Source: an uncultured Alphaproteobacteria bacterium
GTDB lineage: Bacteria > Pseudomonadota > Alphaproteobacteria > RF32 > CAG-239
DNA length: 64,000 nucleotides
Assembly (NCBI GenBank): GCA_945835885.1
Contig: CAMAJR010000001.1
Span: 7,193-71,192 of the forward strand
Direction: 5' to 3'
Shown: piece by piece, positions 1 through 9,561 of the stretch
How positions within the stretch are numbered: the first letter of the stretch is position 1
Layout of the letters: every line of letters starts with the position of its first letter
Notes under the pieces: model-generated
Seen by the model: only the letters and a program-made list of their open reading frames with translations
Told to the model about the DNA's origin: nothing
Databases searched by the model: none
Position numbers and translations under genes: made by a program

Positions 1-406
1 GGTTTTAATCAGCATACCGCAAGTGGCAATATCGCAACCGGTGCGTTCCACCATTTCGACCAACGGAAGCGTAACTTTCGGGTCAACATTGATGTTGTCT
101 CCCTGAAAGTCAACTACAATGTCGTATTTTGTGCCTTCTGGGTCTAAAACCTTTAGTGCGGCGGCAATGCGGTCGGTTCCGCTCGGCAAATTCGGGTCGG
201 TCAAAATTGCGGTGGCGCCGAATTTTTTGCACTCATCGACAATTGCTTGGTCGCCGGCGGCAATCGCAATATCGGTATTGAGCGCGTTTTTCACGTTTTC
301 ATACACGCGTTGCACCATTGTTTTGCCGTTAATCACGCGCAACGGTTTGTTCGGAAGACGTGTTGCTGCCAAACGCACAGGCATAAGGGTTATTACTTTG
401 CTCATA
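1..406 (-). CDS. kdsB: 3-deoxy-manno-octulosonate cytidylyltransferase (CMP-KDO synthetase), 3' end truncated by window edge
   Basis: Not in the ORF track because no stop lies in the window. Reverse-strand translation from ATG at 406 gives MSKVITLMPVRLAATRLPNKPL..., a KdsB N-terminal signature. AGGAGA RBS 6 nt upstream of the ATG. Confidence 0.75.
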
Positions 407-420
407 TTTTTCTCCTTTGA

Positions 421-852
421 TTAAATTTGTCCGTATTGCGAATCGGCGCTCAAAGCGTCAAATTCTGTTTTGATTTTTGTGATAATTGCGGCTTTTTCTT
501 CCGGCGCATATTTGCCGGTGGTGCGGTTCCATACCGTATCCGGCCATTCCGGGTCGCCTTGTTTGCGACAAACAATATGAACATGAAGTTGCGGGGTCAT
601 ATTGCCAATCATCGCAACGTTGTCTTGGTCGCACGGAAAAAGATTGAACATCACGGTTTCCGCCAGCGCAATTTCGCGCATCAGCTGAAAACGCTCGTCC
701 ATCGTTAAGTTTGTCATATTTTTTGTGTTTTCTTTTTTCGGAACTAAAAAAATCCACGGGTAATGCTTGTTGTCTTCAAACAAAACGCGGCATAATTTGA
801 GGTCGGTTACATAATCTTTTGCCGCCAAACCCGGCACTAATTTAAACGCCAT
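421..852 (-). CDS. HIT-family (histidine triad) nucleotide hydrolase
   Basis: 143 aa. Histidine triad motif ...QLHVHIV... near the C-terminus. Confidence 0.7.
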   Translation of the reverse strand: MAFKLVPGLAAKDYVTDLKLCRVLFEDNKHYPWIFLVPKKENTKNMTNLTMDERFQLMREIALAETVMFNLFPCDQDNVAMIGNMTPQLHVHIVCRKQGDPEWPDTVWNRTTGKYAPEEKAAIITKIKTEFDALSADSQYGQI

Positions 853-1833
853 TTAACGTCCTCCCACACTTTTAATTTGTATAATTTGTTTTACATCAAT
901 ATTTTGCTCAATGCAAAGTTTTTCGACGGTTTTTCCTTTACAAATTTCTTCTGCCGTTACTCCGGTTTCGACACACAAAATCGGCACAATACCGGCATTA
1001 ACGCCGCCTTTGACATCAGTGCGCACGGTGTCGCCGACCATACAAGTTCGGGCTTTATTTATCTCGATTTTTTGCTCTTGCAGCAAATTAAAAATATAAT
1101 CATAAATATCGGTATGTGGCTTGCCGTATTCCAAAACTTCGGCGCCGCGTTGGCGAAACATCTCGGCGATTGTGCCGTTGCGCACCACAAACACCGACTC
1201 CGAATCCGGCACCAACGGGTGTCCTTCTTTAGCGGTAAAATCCGGATTGGCATTTAAGACCGGAAGCTCGAGCGCAACTGCTTTTTCAACAATTTCCGTG
1301 AACGGTTCTTCTGTCAATGTGTCCCATACGTTACGACCATCATTCTCCCGATTTTTAACCGGATAGAACAAATGGGCGTATTGCGGATATTTTGCTACAT
1401 CTTCATCATATAAAAACGGCACGCCGCAATAAATAAAATCGGCATCTTGCATTGTTTCGACCTGCTGATATTTGGTGTCGGCAAACGCGGCTGTGTGCGG
1501 TTGACCGATAACAAAATATTTGCACGGGTGCGGGTTGCTCTTAAAGGCAATATCGCCTTTGAGCAAATGGTAGCGCAACAAATCGCCGGACGACAGAAGA
1601 CAGTGATAATCCGTGCCGGCAATCAGGCCGCGTTTGCCATAGCTTGTCATTAAATTTTGGTGCATTTGCGTCGAGTTGGAAATAATCACAACGGTTTTAC
1701 CCTGTGTAACCAGAGAGCGCATAGTTTCAATGCTGCCGTCATAGAATTTGCTGCCTTCCCAAAATACACCGTAAGCATCGAACAAAAACAAATCGAATCT
1801 GTTTGAAATTTCTGATAAATTATTATATATCAC
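853..1833 (-). CDS. HAD-superfamily subfamily IIA hydrolase
   Basis: 326 aa. N-terminal LFLFDAYGVFW and C-terminal MVGDTVRTDVKGGVNAG motifs typical of HAD-IIA. Confidence 0.65.
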   Translation of the reverse strand: MIYNNLSEISNRFDLFLFDAYGVFWEGSKFYDGSIETMRSLVTQGKTVVIISNSTQMHQNLMTSYGKRGLIAGTDYHCLLSSGDLLRYHLLKGDIAFKSNPHPCKYFVIGQPHTAAFADTKYQQVETMQDADFIYCGVPFLYDEDVAKYPQYAHLFYPVKNRENDGRNVWDTLTEEPFTEIVEKAVALELPVLNANPDFTAKEGHPLVPDSESVFVVRNGTIAEMFRQRGAEVLEYGKPHTDIYDYIFNLLQEQKIEINKARTCMVGDTVRTDVKGGVNAGIVPILCVETGVTAEEICKGKTVEKLCIEQNIDVKQIIQIKSVGGR

Positions 1834-2894
1834 AGTTTTTCTCCATAGTGCTGTAAAATTGCCACGCGCGCTTTATGCGGAATTTTTTGTTTGGCGTATT
1901 GCGGGTTCTTTAGCGTAAAATTCTTCCATAAGTCACGGCTCGGCTTACGTTTGGCGCACAGTTCCGGAACAATCCAAATATTGCCGTATGCGCTGAAAAT
2001 TTCTTTGCCGCCGAGAGTTAAGCCGGTAAACGGCAGTTTGTTCATCGCCGCAATCGCGTTTAAAATATGCTCGGCGCGCGGTATATAGTTTCGACGGCAG
2101 AGTTCGGCTAAAATCCGAAATTTGATTTCACGATGCCACGTTAAAAAGTCGGTGTGGTGAAAGCAATAAATATTTGTTGCAACGGCTTGAATTTGTGTTT
2201 CAAAAATATGATTCAGTTGCTGTTCAATATATTCTTCCGCACTTTGCAAACGAAAAGCGGTTTGCGCCAATTCGCGCGGCGTAATACCGATTTCTTTTTC
2301 AATTTGCGGCATAAAAGCACGGATACGGTTGCGTAAGTAGTCGGTGTTGCCGTTAGATTCATCTTCAATCCATTTAATATTTTTGTGTTGCAGATATTGC
2401 CGCAGAGCTTCCGGTGCGGTTTTCAAAAGCGGACGGGCAATCATAACGCCGTTATTATCGGACACTTCACGCATACAACACAAGCCGTCGAGTCCGCTGC
2501 CGCGTTGCAGACGCATTAAAAATGTTTCGGCTTGGTCATTAAGGTGGTGTGCCGTCAGCAGAATGCTGACACCGTGATTTTGACACCATTCGGTCAGGAG
2601 TTGATAACGCGCGATTCGAGCGGTTTCTTCCACACCGGTTTTCGGTTTTTCACTTGTCCACTCCAAAATATGATGTTCGATGCCGTGTGTTTTCATTACC
2701 TCGGCAACGTAGGCGGCTTCTTGCGTCGAAGTCGGACGTAATTTATGATCAACCGTCAGGGCTGTAACTTCATAACCGAATACGGCCAGTTCATCTTTTG
2801 CCATAAGTGCAAGTGCAAGCGAATCGGCGCCGCCGGAAACGGCAACGGCGACTTTTTGCGGTTTGATTTTATGGCGCGCAAAAAATGTTTGCAA
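1830..2894 (-). CDS. tilS: tRNA(Ile)-lysidine synthetase
   Basis: 354 aa. PP-loop VAVAVSGGADSLALA at the N-terminus. Directly downstream of ybgF, as in many Alphaproteobacteria. Confidence 0.85.
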   Translation of the reverse strand: MQTFFARHKIKPQKVAVAVSGGADSLALALMAKDELAVFGYEVTALTVDHKLRPTSTQEAAYVAEVMKTHGIEHHILEWTSEKPKTGVEETARIARYQLLTEWCQNHGVSILLTAHHLNDQAETFLMRLQRGSGLDGLCCMREVSDNNGVMIARPLLKTAPEALRQYLQHKNIKWIEDESNGNTDYLRNRIRAFMPQIEKEIGITPRELAQTAFRLQSAEEYIEQQLNHIFETQIQAVATNIYCFHHTDFLTWHREIKFRILAELCRRNYIPRAEHILNAIAAMNKLPFTGLTLGGKEIFSAYGNIWIVPELCAKRKPSRDLWKNFTLKNPQYAKQKIPHKARVAILQHYGEKL

Positions 2895-2904
2895 CTTTTC
2901 ATCC

Positions 2905-3795
2905 CTATTTGCACTTTAATTTCAGTTGTTCAGAGATAACTTTAGCTCTGATTTCAGCGTGTCCGGACGGATACTCATCTTCAAAACTCATCAAAATCAG
3001 GCAAGCGTGCTGGGAATCGTTCAAAAGTTCAAAAGTTGTTGCCAAACGATATAAGCTGTCGGCGCCTTTATTGCCGTTTTTGTATGTTTCGTAGCCGTTT
3101 TTGAATGCAACTTTGGCTTTATCATAATTTTTTTGTTTAAGATAAATTTCGCCGAGCCAATATTGTGCGTTGCTGGCGAGTGCGTGGTTCGGGAATCTGC
3201 TTAAAATATCGGAAAACGCAAGTTCTGCTTCGTCATAATAGCCGGTATTATATGCTCTGAGGGCGTTATCATACATTGTTTGCGGGTCGTTGGCGTTGAC
3301 AAGGTTGCCGGCAACTTGCGTCGGAACAACAAGCGGAACCGGTTCACCATCTATCGGAGCTAAATCATTGCCGCTGATTTTTTCTCCGGCAACCGAAGCG
3401 GCGGCATTTGTTGCTACCGGTGCGTCGTATGTGGTCGGCAGAATTGGAACAGGGGCGCTTAATTCGCTTGGAATCGGGCGACCTTCCAAAATTTTGAGGC
3501 GGATTTCCATATCGCGATTATATCTTTCTATTTTTTCGTCATTGGTCTTGAGTTGATGTTCGAGTTCGTCCATACGACCGTTCAATTTGCGGATAATTTC
3601 GTCGTATTCGCCGATTTTGCCCTGAATCTCACTATTTTCCGGTGAAGTTTTGGTGTTTTCGCGATAGAGTTGGCGTTGCAAAACTTTGACATCTTCACGC
3701 AATGTTGACAACTCTTGTTCGAGCGTTGCCGCATTTACAAATTTTGGTAACATAAGTGCGCTTAAAGCGATTGTGCAAAATAGAATCCGTTTCAT
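2905..3795 (-). CDS. ybgF: Tol-Pal system protein YbgF/CpoB
   Basis: 296 aa. Signal peptide, central coiled coil and C-terminal TPR-like repeats. Downstream of pal. Confidence 0.75.
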   Translation of the reverse strand: MKRILFCTIALSALMLPKFVNAATLEQELSTLREDVKVLQRQLYRENTKTSPENSEIQGKIGEYDEIIRKLNGRMDELEHQLKTNDEKIERYNRDMEIRLKILEGRPIPSELSAPVPILPTTYDAPVATNAAASVAGEKISGNDLAPIDGEPVPLVVPTQVAGNLVNANDPQTMYDNALRAYNTGYYDEAELAFSDILSRFPNHALASNAQYWLGEIYLKQKNYDKAKVAFKNGYETYKNGNKGADSLYRLATTFELLNDSQHACLILMSFEDEYPSGHAEIRAKVISEQLKLKCK

Positions 3796-3921
3796 TTTCC
3801 CCTCGTTAAAATAAAATACATCTCATTTATAATGCGCTTTTTTCAAGATTACAAGACAAAACAAAAAAAGACGCAACCGTATAAGCTGCGCCTTTTAATG
3901 AATCTACTTTAAACTGTCGTA

Positions 3922-4386
3922 TTATTCAGCTGAGCTTACAACTGTAACGGCACGACGGTTTTGAGCCCAAGCTGCTTCGTTGCTGCCGAATACAGCCGGT
4001 CTTTCTTTACCGTAAGAAATTGTAGAAATTCTGTTTTCTGCAACACCTTGAGCTACCAAGTATTGTTTAACAGCGTTGGCACGGCGTTCACCCAAAGCCA
4101 AGTTGTATTCACGGGTACCTCTTTCATCGCAGTAACCTTGAACAATTACGTTCACATCGTCGTGGCTCTTCAACCAAGCTGCTTGAGAATCCAAAGCGGC
4201 ACGAGCTTCAGCCGACAAAGCAGAACTGTCTGTAGCAAAGAATACAGTATCTGTTGTGTTTTCAGCAAAATCACGAGCATTTCTCGATTCGCAGTCAGCA
4301 CCGCTGAACAAACCGCCGTTTGCACCAAACATAGAACAACCGGACAAAGCTACGAGAGCTACGAACAAACTTAAAAGCTTTTTCAT
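3922..4386 (-). CDS. pal: peptidoglycan-associated lipoprotein Pal (OmpA-like domain)
   Basis: 154 aa. Lipobox LSGCS. OmpA-like peptidoglycan-binding domain (NLALGERRANAVKQYL, RRAV). Confidence 0.85.
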   Translation of the reverse strand: MKKLLSLFVALVALSGCSMFGANGGLFSGADCESRNARDFAENTTDTVFFATDSSALSAEARAALDSQAAWLKSHDDVNVIVQGYCDERGTREYNLALGERRANAVKQYLVAQGVAENRISTISYGKERPAVFGSNEAAWAQNRRAVTVVSSAE

Positions 4387-4566
4387 TTTATTTTCTCCAT
4401 ATGGTTTTATTATTTATCGTATTACACGATTGTTTATTTAATTGTATAACAACTAATACAATGACAACTTATGCAATAATTGTAAATTTTTCAATAAGAA
4501 AATTAAAAAAATAAACATAAAGTTTAAAAATGTGCATTATTTTTATGGAAATCAGTTTTATGAAGA

Positions 4567-6327
4567 CTATTTTTTTATTTTGTAAGCCGCGTCAACGATG
4601 CTTTTTTGCTTTTCTAAATCAAAATCTGCCTTAATATTGAGTTGCGGCGCTACCGAGGTGATGATTTTGCGAGAAATCGGAACGGCATTCCAACCGGCGG
4701 TAGTGTAGCCGTAAGTTTCTTTGCTGGCTTTCGGGTCGTCAATCACAACCAAAAGCGCGTATTGCGGATTTGATTGCGGAAAAGCGGATAAAAACGAAGA
4801 TATGCTCTTGCTTTTGTTATAATGCCCATTTTCGTTCTTGTCGGCCGTTCCGGTTTTGCCTATTACCTGATAACCCTCAACATTGGCGTTTTTGCCGGTG
4901 CCGCGTGTGACAACCGCACGCAACAGTGTGCGCATCGAATCGGATGTTTTTTCTGAAATAATACGCTTTCCTTCCCGCCGAACATTGCTTAAAATGGTCG
5001 GTTGATGATATATACCGCCGTTGACAATAGCCGAAAAAGCAGTGATGATATGTAACGGGGTTGGAGAAATACTATATCCGTAGCTAATGCTGATCATAGA
5101 AGTTTCACTCCAGTCTTTTGAGCTTAAAAACCTCGGTTTTGCGAGTTCCGGAAGCTCAAATTCGGTCAGTACCTTATCCATGTTGATTTTTTGCAAAAAC
5201 TTGCGTTGGTATTTTTTGCCGACGCGCATAATTTCCAAAGCTGAACCGATGTTTGATGATTCTACCAAAATATCTTCCGGCGTTAATTGACCGTGCGAAC
5301 CGTGCGGGTCGGTCACACGCAGACGGTGAAAGTGTATCGGGTGAGAAGTATCAAACCTGTCGGTAACTTTGACTTTGCCGCTTTCCAAACTCAGGGCGGT
5401 GTTGAATACCTTAAATACCGAACCGGCTTCATATATGCCTTTGGTGGCAAAATTAAAATGTTCCGGCGAGTTGATATTTTTATTGACGTTCGGGTCATAG
5501 TCCGGAATACTGGTCATAGCAATAACCTGACCGGTTTTGACATCCATCAGAATGGCGGCTCCGCCTGCGGCCTTAAATTGTTCGACTCCGGCGAGCAGTT
5601 CTTCGCGAATCGTGTTTTGCACACCTAAATCAAGCGTCAGAGCCAACGGTTTGGTGGAAGTGGTTAAACGCTCGTTCATTGATTTTTCAATACCGGCCGT
5701 ACCGATGTTGTCAGCATCGGTTAAGCCCAAAACGTGCGAAAACAAATTTTGGTGAAGATAAATACGTTTTTCCGAATTTTCAAAATTGAGTCCCGGAATA
5801 CCCAAATTGTTGACTTGCGCCTGTTGTGCCGGCGAAATATCGCGTTTAATATAAATAAAAGCACCTTTGCGGTTAAGGCGATTTAAAAAATATTCATAAG
5901 ATTCTTCCGGAAAAATTTCATTCAGTTTTGCGGCCACTTCTTCCGCATGGCGAATTTGTTTAGTATTGGCATATAAATTCACAGTCGGTAAAGAAGTAGC
6001 GATAATTTCTCCGTTGCGGTCGGTAATATCGGCACGCGAAACCGGATTTTTAAAATGAAAAATATCAGCGGCGATTTGGTCGCTGATGGCTGTGTCGATA
6101 TTGATGCCGTTGCCTAAACAAACATAGGTGACGCGAATGCAGAGTGCTAAGTAAATTGCGGCAAAACAGCACAACGTGAACCAAGTGCGTCCGCGACAGG
6201 TTGAAACATTATCGTTTTCGGTGGTGTAGCTTTTCGCCGTAATGGCTCGGCGCGAAATTTTTATCTCCTGTCCCGGAAGATAAAATTTTTCATTTTTGCG
6301 CTTTGAAAAACTGACATTAAAACCCAT
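4567..6327 (-). CDS. ftsI: peptidoglycan D,D-transpeptidase FtsI (PBP3-like)
   Basis: 586 aa. N-terminal TM anchor. SxxK (SVFK), SSN and KTG motifs. Immediately follows ftsL in the dcw cluster. Confidence 0.85.
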   Translation of the reverse strand: MGFNVSFSKRKNEKFYLPGQEIKISRRAITAKSYTTENDNVSTCRGRTWFTLCCFAAIYLALCIRVTYVCLGNGINIDTAISDQIAADIFHFKNPVSRADITDRNGEIIATSLPTVNLYANTKQIRHAEEVAAKLNEIFPEESYEYFLNRLNRKGAFIYIKRDISPAQQAQVNNLGIPGLNFENSEKRIYLHQNLFSHVLGLTDADNIGTAGIEKSMNERLTTSTKPLALTLDLGVQNTIREELLAGVEQFKAAGGAAILMDVKTGQVIAMTSIPDYDPNVNKNINSPEHFNFATKGIYEAGSVFKVFNTALSLESGKVKVTDRFDTSHPIHFHRLRVTDPHGSHGQLTPEDILVESSNIGSALEIMRVGKKYQRKFLQKINMDKVLTEFELPELAKPRFLSSKDWSETSMISISYGYSISPTPLHIITAFSAIVNGGIYHQPTILSNVRREGKRIISEKTSDSMRTLLRAVVTRGTGKNANVEGYQVIGKTGTADKNENGHYNKSKSISSFLSAFPQSNPQYALLVVIDDPKASKETYGYTTAGWNAVPISRKIITSVAPQLNIKADFDLEKQKSIVDAAYKIKK

Positions 6328-6328
6328 T

Positions 6329-6697
6329 TTAATTCTTCTTCACTTCTGCTTTTACAAGAGTGGTTAAACTTTTTTTATCGGTCTTGACGATTCGTGTCTG
6401 CTCGTTGCTCTCATAATTGAAGTGTAACGCAGAATAGTTAATAATTTGTTCAGGTTTTGCATTTTCTAAAGATAATTGTTCGGCAGCCAATTTACGCAAA
6501 CGGTCCGGTGAATTATTCATACTCCATTGTGCCTTTAAAACATGAATATCGGCGATGTCTTGCTGAATATTGCCGTTAATGACGGCTAAACGGCGCTCCA
6601 ACCCTTGCACTTTGTTCTTCAAAACAGAAGAACTGAACGCTACCACGAGTGTAACCATAAACCATAAGACAACCATTGCTGTTTTAATATTGCCCAT
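6329..6697 (-). CDS. ftsL: cell division protein FtsL
   Basis: 122 aa. Single N-terminal TM plus coiled coil. Position between rsmH and ftsI. Confidence 0.6.
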   Translation of the reverse strand: MGNIKTAMVVLWFMVTLVVAFSSSVLKNKVQGLERRLAVINGNIQQDIADIHVLKAQWSMNNSPDRLRKLAAEQLSLENAKPEQIINYSALHFNYESNEQTRIVKTDKKSLTTLVKAEVKKN

Positions 6698-6701
6698 TTG
6701 T

Positions 6702-7616
6702 TTATCTCCTTATTGCATATCTGAGTTTTGCCGAACGAGCGCGCGGATTTTCAAAACATTCAGCCGCCGTCGGGGTGATTGCTTTGGAAATTTCCGAAAA
6801 TACGCTGTCATCTTGTGCCAATTCCGGCGCATATTTGGAAATACGAACCTTCTTAGCGCTGTTTGCTTTCATATAATTTTTAACGATTCTGTCTTCTAAA
6901 GAATGAAAATCCACAACAACCAATTTGCCACCGGAAATCAGGCGTTCCGTAGCCCCTTTCAGCCCGCGTTCCAATTCACCGAGTTCATCATTGACGGCGA
7001 TTCTCAGGGCCTGAAACGTGCGTGTTGCCGGATCAATGTCGCCGGCGTGCTTGTGGATGACGGTATAGATGATTTCGGCTAATTCGGTCGTGGTTTCAAT
7101 TTTTTTACGGCGACGATATTCAATGATTTTTGCGGCAATCTGACGCGATTTGCGTTCTTCCCCGTATTGATACAAAATATCCGCCAATTCTTTTTCACCG
7201 TAAAAATTGACAATGTCTTTGGCGCTTTCTCCGTCGCACGACATACGCATATCAAGCGGGGCTTCTTTGGCAAACGAGAATCCGCGCTCGGCGTTGTCGA
7301 GTTGCATAGAAGAAACACCGATGTCAAATACCGCACCGCCTATCTTTTCCGGCACTAAAGCAGAAAAATCGCCGAATTTACCGGCACGAAATTCGAATCG
7401 GTCGGAATAGAAATTTTTAAATTCGTTGGCACGGATTTTGACGTTCGGGTCGCGGTCGAGCGCAATTACTTTGCACGGCGCCGCTTCGAGAATTGCTTGA
7501 GTATAACCGCCGTTGCCGAAGGTGGCATCAACGTAAATGTCACCGGCTTTCGGTTGCAAGTATTGCAACACTTCTTGTAACATAACCGGAATATGTTTTT
7601 GTCTTTGTGCTGTCAT
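6702..7616 (-). CDS. rsmH: 16S rRNA (cytosine1402-N4)-methyltransferase
   Basis: 304 aa. MraW-family signature (HIPVMLQEVL, DATFGNGGY, DLGVSS). Confidence 0.9.
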   Translation of the reverse strand: MTAQRQKHIPVMLQEVLQYLQPKAGDIYVDATFGNGGYTQAILEAAPCKVIALDRDPNVKIRANEFKNFYSDRFEFRAGKFGDFSALVPEKIGGAVFDIGVSSMQLDNAERGFSFAKEAPLDMRMSCDGESAKDIVNFYGEKELADILYQYGEERKSRQIAAKIIEYRRRKKIETTTELAEIIYTVIHKHAGDIDPATRTFQALRIAVNDELGELERGLKGATERLISGGKLVVVDFHSLEDRIVKNYMKANSAKKVRISKYAPELAQDDSVFSEISKAITPTAAECFENPRARSAKLRYAIRR

Positions 7617-8083
7617 TATTCCGCATCCTTTTGAATTTTAAGAGACGGACGGTTTTTCATTACTTCGGCACGAATCCGAGTTTCTTCTTTTTCCCAATTT
7701 TCCGGATTCCATATTTGGAACTTGCGGCCTTTACCGACAAAAACGGCCGTGTCTTTAATGTTTGCGTGTTTCAAGAGTTTTTCGGTCAGCATAATGCGAC
7801 CGGTGCTGTCAAACGAAAAACGTTTGGCATCGCCGAAAATAAGATTGGTTAAATTATCTTGGGTTTCCGAAAAGAAATCGGTCGAATTTTCGATTTCGGT
7901 TGCGAGCTTATCAAGCGAATCTTCCAAACACCCCTCAATGCAAGGCGAAGTCAAACTGCGATAGCAAACAATTTCTGTTGATAATTCTTTAACGATTGCG
8001 CGGTAATCTGCCGGAAGTGAAACGCGCCCTTTGGCGTCCACTTTATTGAAAATCGTATCCATAAAAAGAAAGATTTTCCGCAT
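7616..8083 (-). CDS. mraZ: transcriptional regulator MraZ
   Basis: 155 aa. Two MraZ/SpoVT-AbrB-like halves (DAKGRVSLP ... DSTGRIML). First gene of the dcw cluster. Confidence 0.85.
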   Translation of the reverse strand: MRKIFLFMDTIFNKVDAKGRVSLPADYRAIVKELSTEIVCYRSLTSPCIEGCLEDSLDKLATEIENSTDFFSETQDNLTNLIFGDAKRFSFDSTGRIMLTEKLLKHANIKDTAVFVGKGRKFQIWNPENWEKEETRIRAEVMKNRPSLKIQKDAE

Positions 8084-8115
8084 TTTCCGATTCCTTTACC
8101 ATTGTTCCATACCAA

Positions 8116-8150
8116 ATGGTATAACATGGTATTTTATGGGATTCAATGGG
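8116..8150. promoter_or_regulatory. Four 10-bp-phased direct repeats ATGG(T/G)A upstream of mraZ; candidate MraZ operator
   Basis: ATGGT at 8116 and 8126, ATGGG at 8136 and 8146, exact 10-bp period, 33-67 bp upstream of the mraZ start. MraZ is known to bind phased TGGGN-type direct repeats in its own promoter. Confidence 0.35.
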
Positions 8151-8507
8151 AAAATTTAGTATTTTCTTAACTGTTCTTTTTTTGTTCTTTTTAAGCGTAA
8201 CAATGCAATATAATTTTTTATGCATATTCAAAACGTTATAAATTGCAGAGAAAAATGAAAAATTTTTTGCTGATTTTAATAAAGGATTGTGGATAGCAAA
8301 TAAAGGTAAGATTTTGCGAGCTTTCAAAAAGAAATAAAATTAAGAGAAGCATAAAATTTTCTGCCATACGAAAAAAATCAGACATTCAGAGCCGATTCGC
8401 CGGCTGTTCGGGATATTGCAAAAGATTGTAATTTTCTAAAATCTGCTTGACAAAGAATCTTGAATAACGTAATTTTAATGCACAAAATCCATTATATACA
8501 TACAATT

Positions 8508-8771
8508 ATGGCAGAAATTACAATTAAAGAAGTTCGTGACGCAATCGTTTATGTGCAAAATTCGAGATGTGAACTTGCGTTGTCTGATGAACAACTGCTG
8601 AAAGCAGATTTTTTCAAAGATTTGGGTATGGGTAATATCCGAGTGATGAACGTCTTTATCGAATTGCAACGTCGGCACAGAGTTTTTTTGCCGCTCGATT
8701 TGTTCGAAAAGATGGAAGACAACACCGTCGGTGCGTTTTTGAATGCTGTCAACGGAGCTATGCCCGCTTAA
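8508..8771 (+). CDS. small hypothetical protein with acyl-carrier-protein-like motif lacking the phosphopantetheine serine
   Basis: ORF 8460..8771; likely start MAEITIKEV at 8508. Segment DLGMGNIRVMNVFIELQRRH resembles the ACP DLGxDSLD helix II region, but Ser is replaced. Divergent from mraZ. Followed by a hairpin terminator. Confidence 0.35.
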   Translation: MAEITIKEVRDAIVYVQNSRCELALSDEQLLKADFFKDLGMGNIRVMNVFIELQRRHRVFLPLDLFEKMEDNTVGAFLNAVNGAMPA

Positions 8772-8781
8772 CGTAAAAGAA

Positions 8782-8825
8782 AAACCTGTGATGAGAACTT
8801 TGTTCCTTCACGGGTTTTTCTTTGG
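8782..8825 (+). terminator. rho-independent terminator hairpin between convergent genes
   Basis: Stem aaacctgtga / tcacgggttt (one G-T wobble), 16-nt loop, followed by TTTTCTTT. Confidence 0.4.
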
Positions 8826-8832
8826 GCTTATT

Positions 8833-9561
8833 TTATGTTTTCGTGCGGGCGAGGGTAAGTGCGTAGATTTCAAGTGCGCCGGCTTTCTTCAGGGCCTTGG
8901 CACATTCGTTTAAGGTTGAACCGGTGGTGGAAACATCATCAATCAACACAACTTTTTTTCCTTTAATATTTTGCGGATATTTAACCGTAAACGCCTGTTT
9001 CAAATTGTTGCGGCGCGCCCGCCCCGAAAGCTGAACTTGCGGAATGGTATTGCGACAACGTATCAGTGAACTAAAGTCGGTCGGAATTTGTGTTTTGCGC
9101 GACAAATATTTTGCCAACACAGCACATTGATTATATCGACGCTGAAGCAGACGCAACCTGTGAATAGGAACCGGAACCAATAAATCAGGATTTTGTTGCC
9201 AAATATCTTTGCCGGCAGAATAAAGCATATTTGCCAATGCTTCGGCGTTAGCGGTTTTATCAAAAAACTTCAGGTCTAAAATAAGGTTTTTCGATTCATC
9301 ATCATAAACAAAGGCAGAACGTTGCATTTTAAATAAGAGCTTTTTCTTTTGCAAGCATTGTCCGCATAACTGCTTTTGCGCAAACCGGATATCAAGCGCA
9401 TCGGTGAACGGACGACCGCAGCAAGAACACATCGGCGCACTGATGAAATGAATCTTGTTAAAACATTCGGCACATAAGCCGTTGCGTGCGCTTAAAATTT
9501 TGCCGCATTTAAGACAACGCGGCGGCAACAGTATATTGAACAATTTTTGCAATAAAGACAT
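8833..9561 (-). CDS. comF: ComF-family protein (zinc finger + phosphoribosyltransferase domain)
   Basis: 242 aa. N-terminal CxxC...CxxC. C-terminal PRTase motif VVLIDDVSTTGSTL. Confidence 0.7.
   Translation of the reverse strand: MSLLQKLFNILLPPRCLKCGKILSARNGLCAECFNKIHFISAPMCSCCGRPFTDALDIRFAQKQLCGQCLQKKKLLFKMQRSAFVYDDESKNLILDLKFFDKTANAEALANMLYSAGKDIWQQNPDLLVPVPIHRLRLLQRRYNQCAVLAKYLSRKTQIPTDFSSLIRCRNTIPQVQLSGRARRNNLKQAFTVKYPQNIKGKKVVLIDDVSTTGSTLNECAKALKKAGALEIYALTLARTKT

Noticed and set aside
119-424. 101-aa plus-strand ORF
   Set aside because: Antisense to the kdsB coding sequence (kdsB starts at 406 on the minus strand with a good RBS). Low-complexity translation.
8043-8327. 94-aa ORF overlapping the mraZ start and promoter
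   Set aside because: AT-rich promoter region. Overlaps mraZ and the putative MraZ operator. No RBS.
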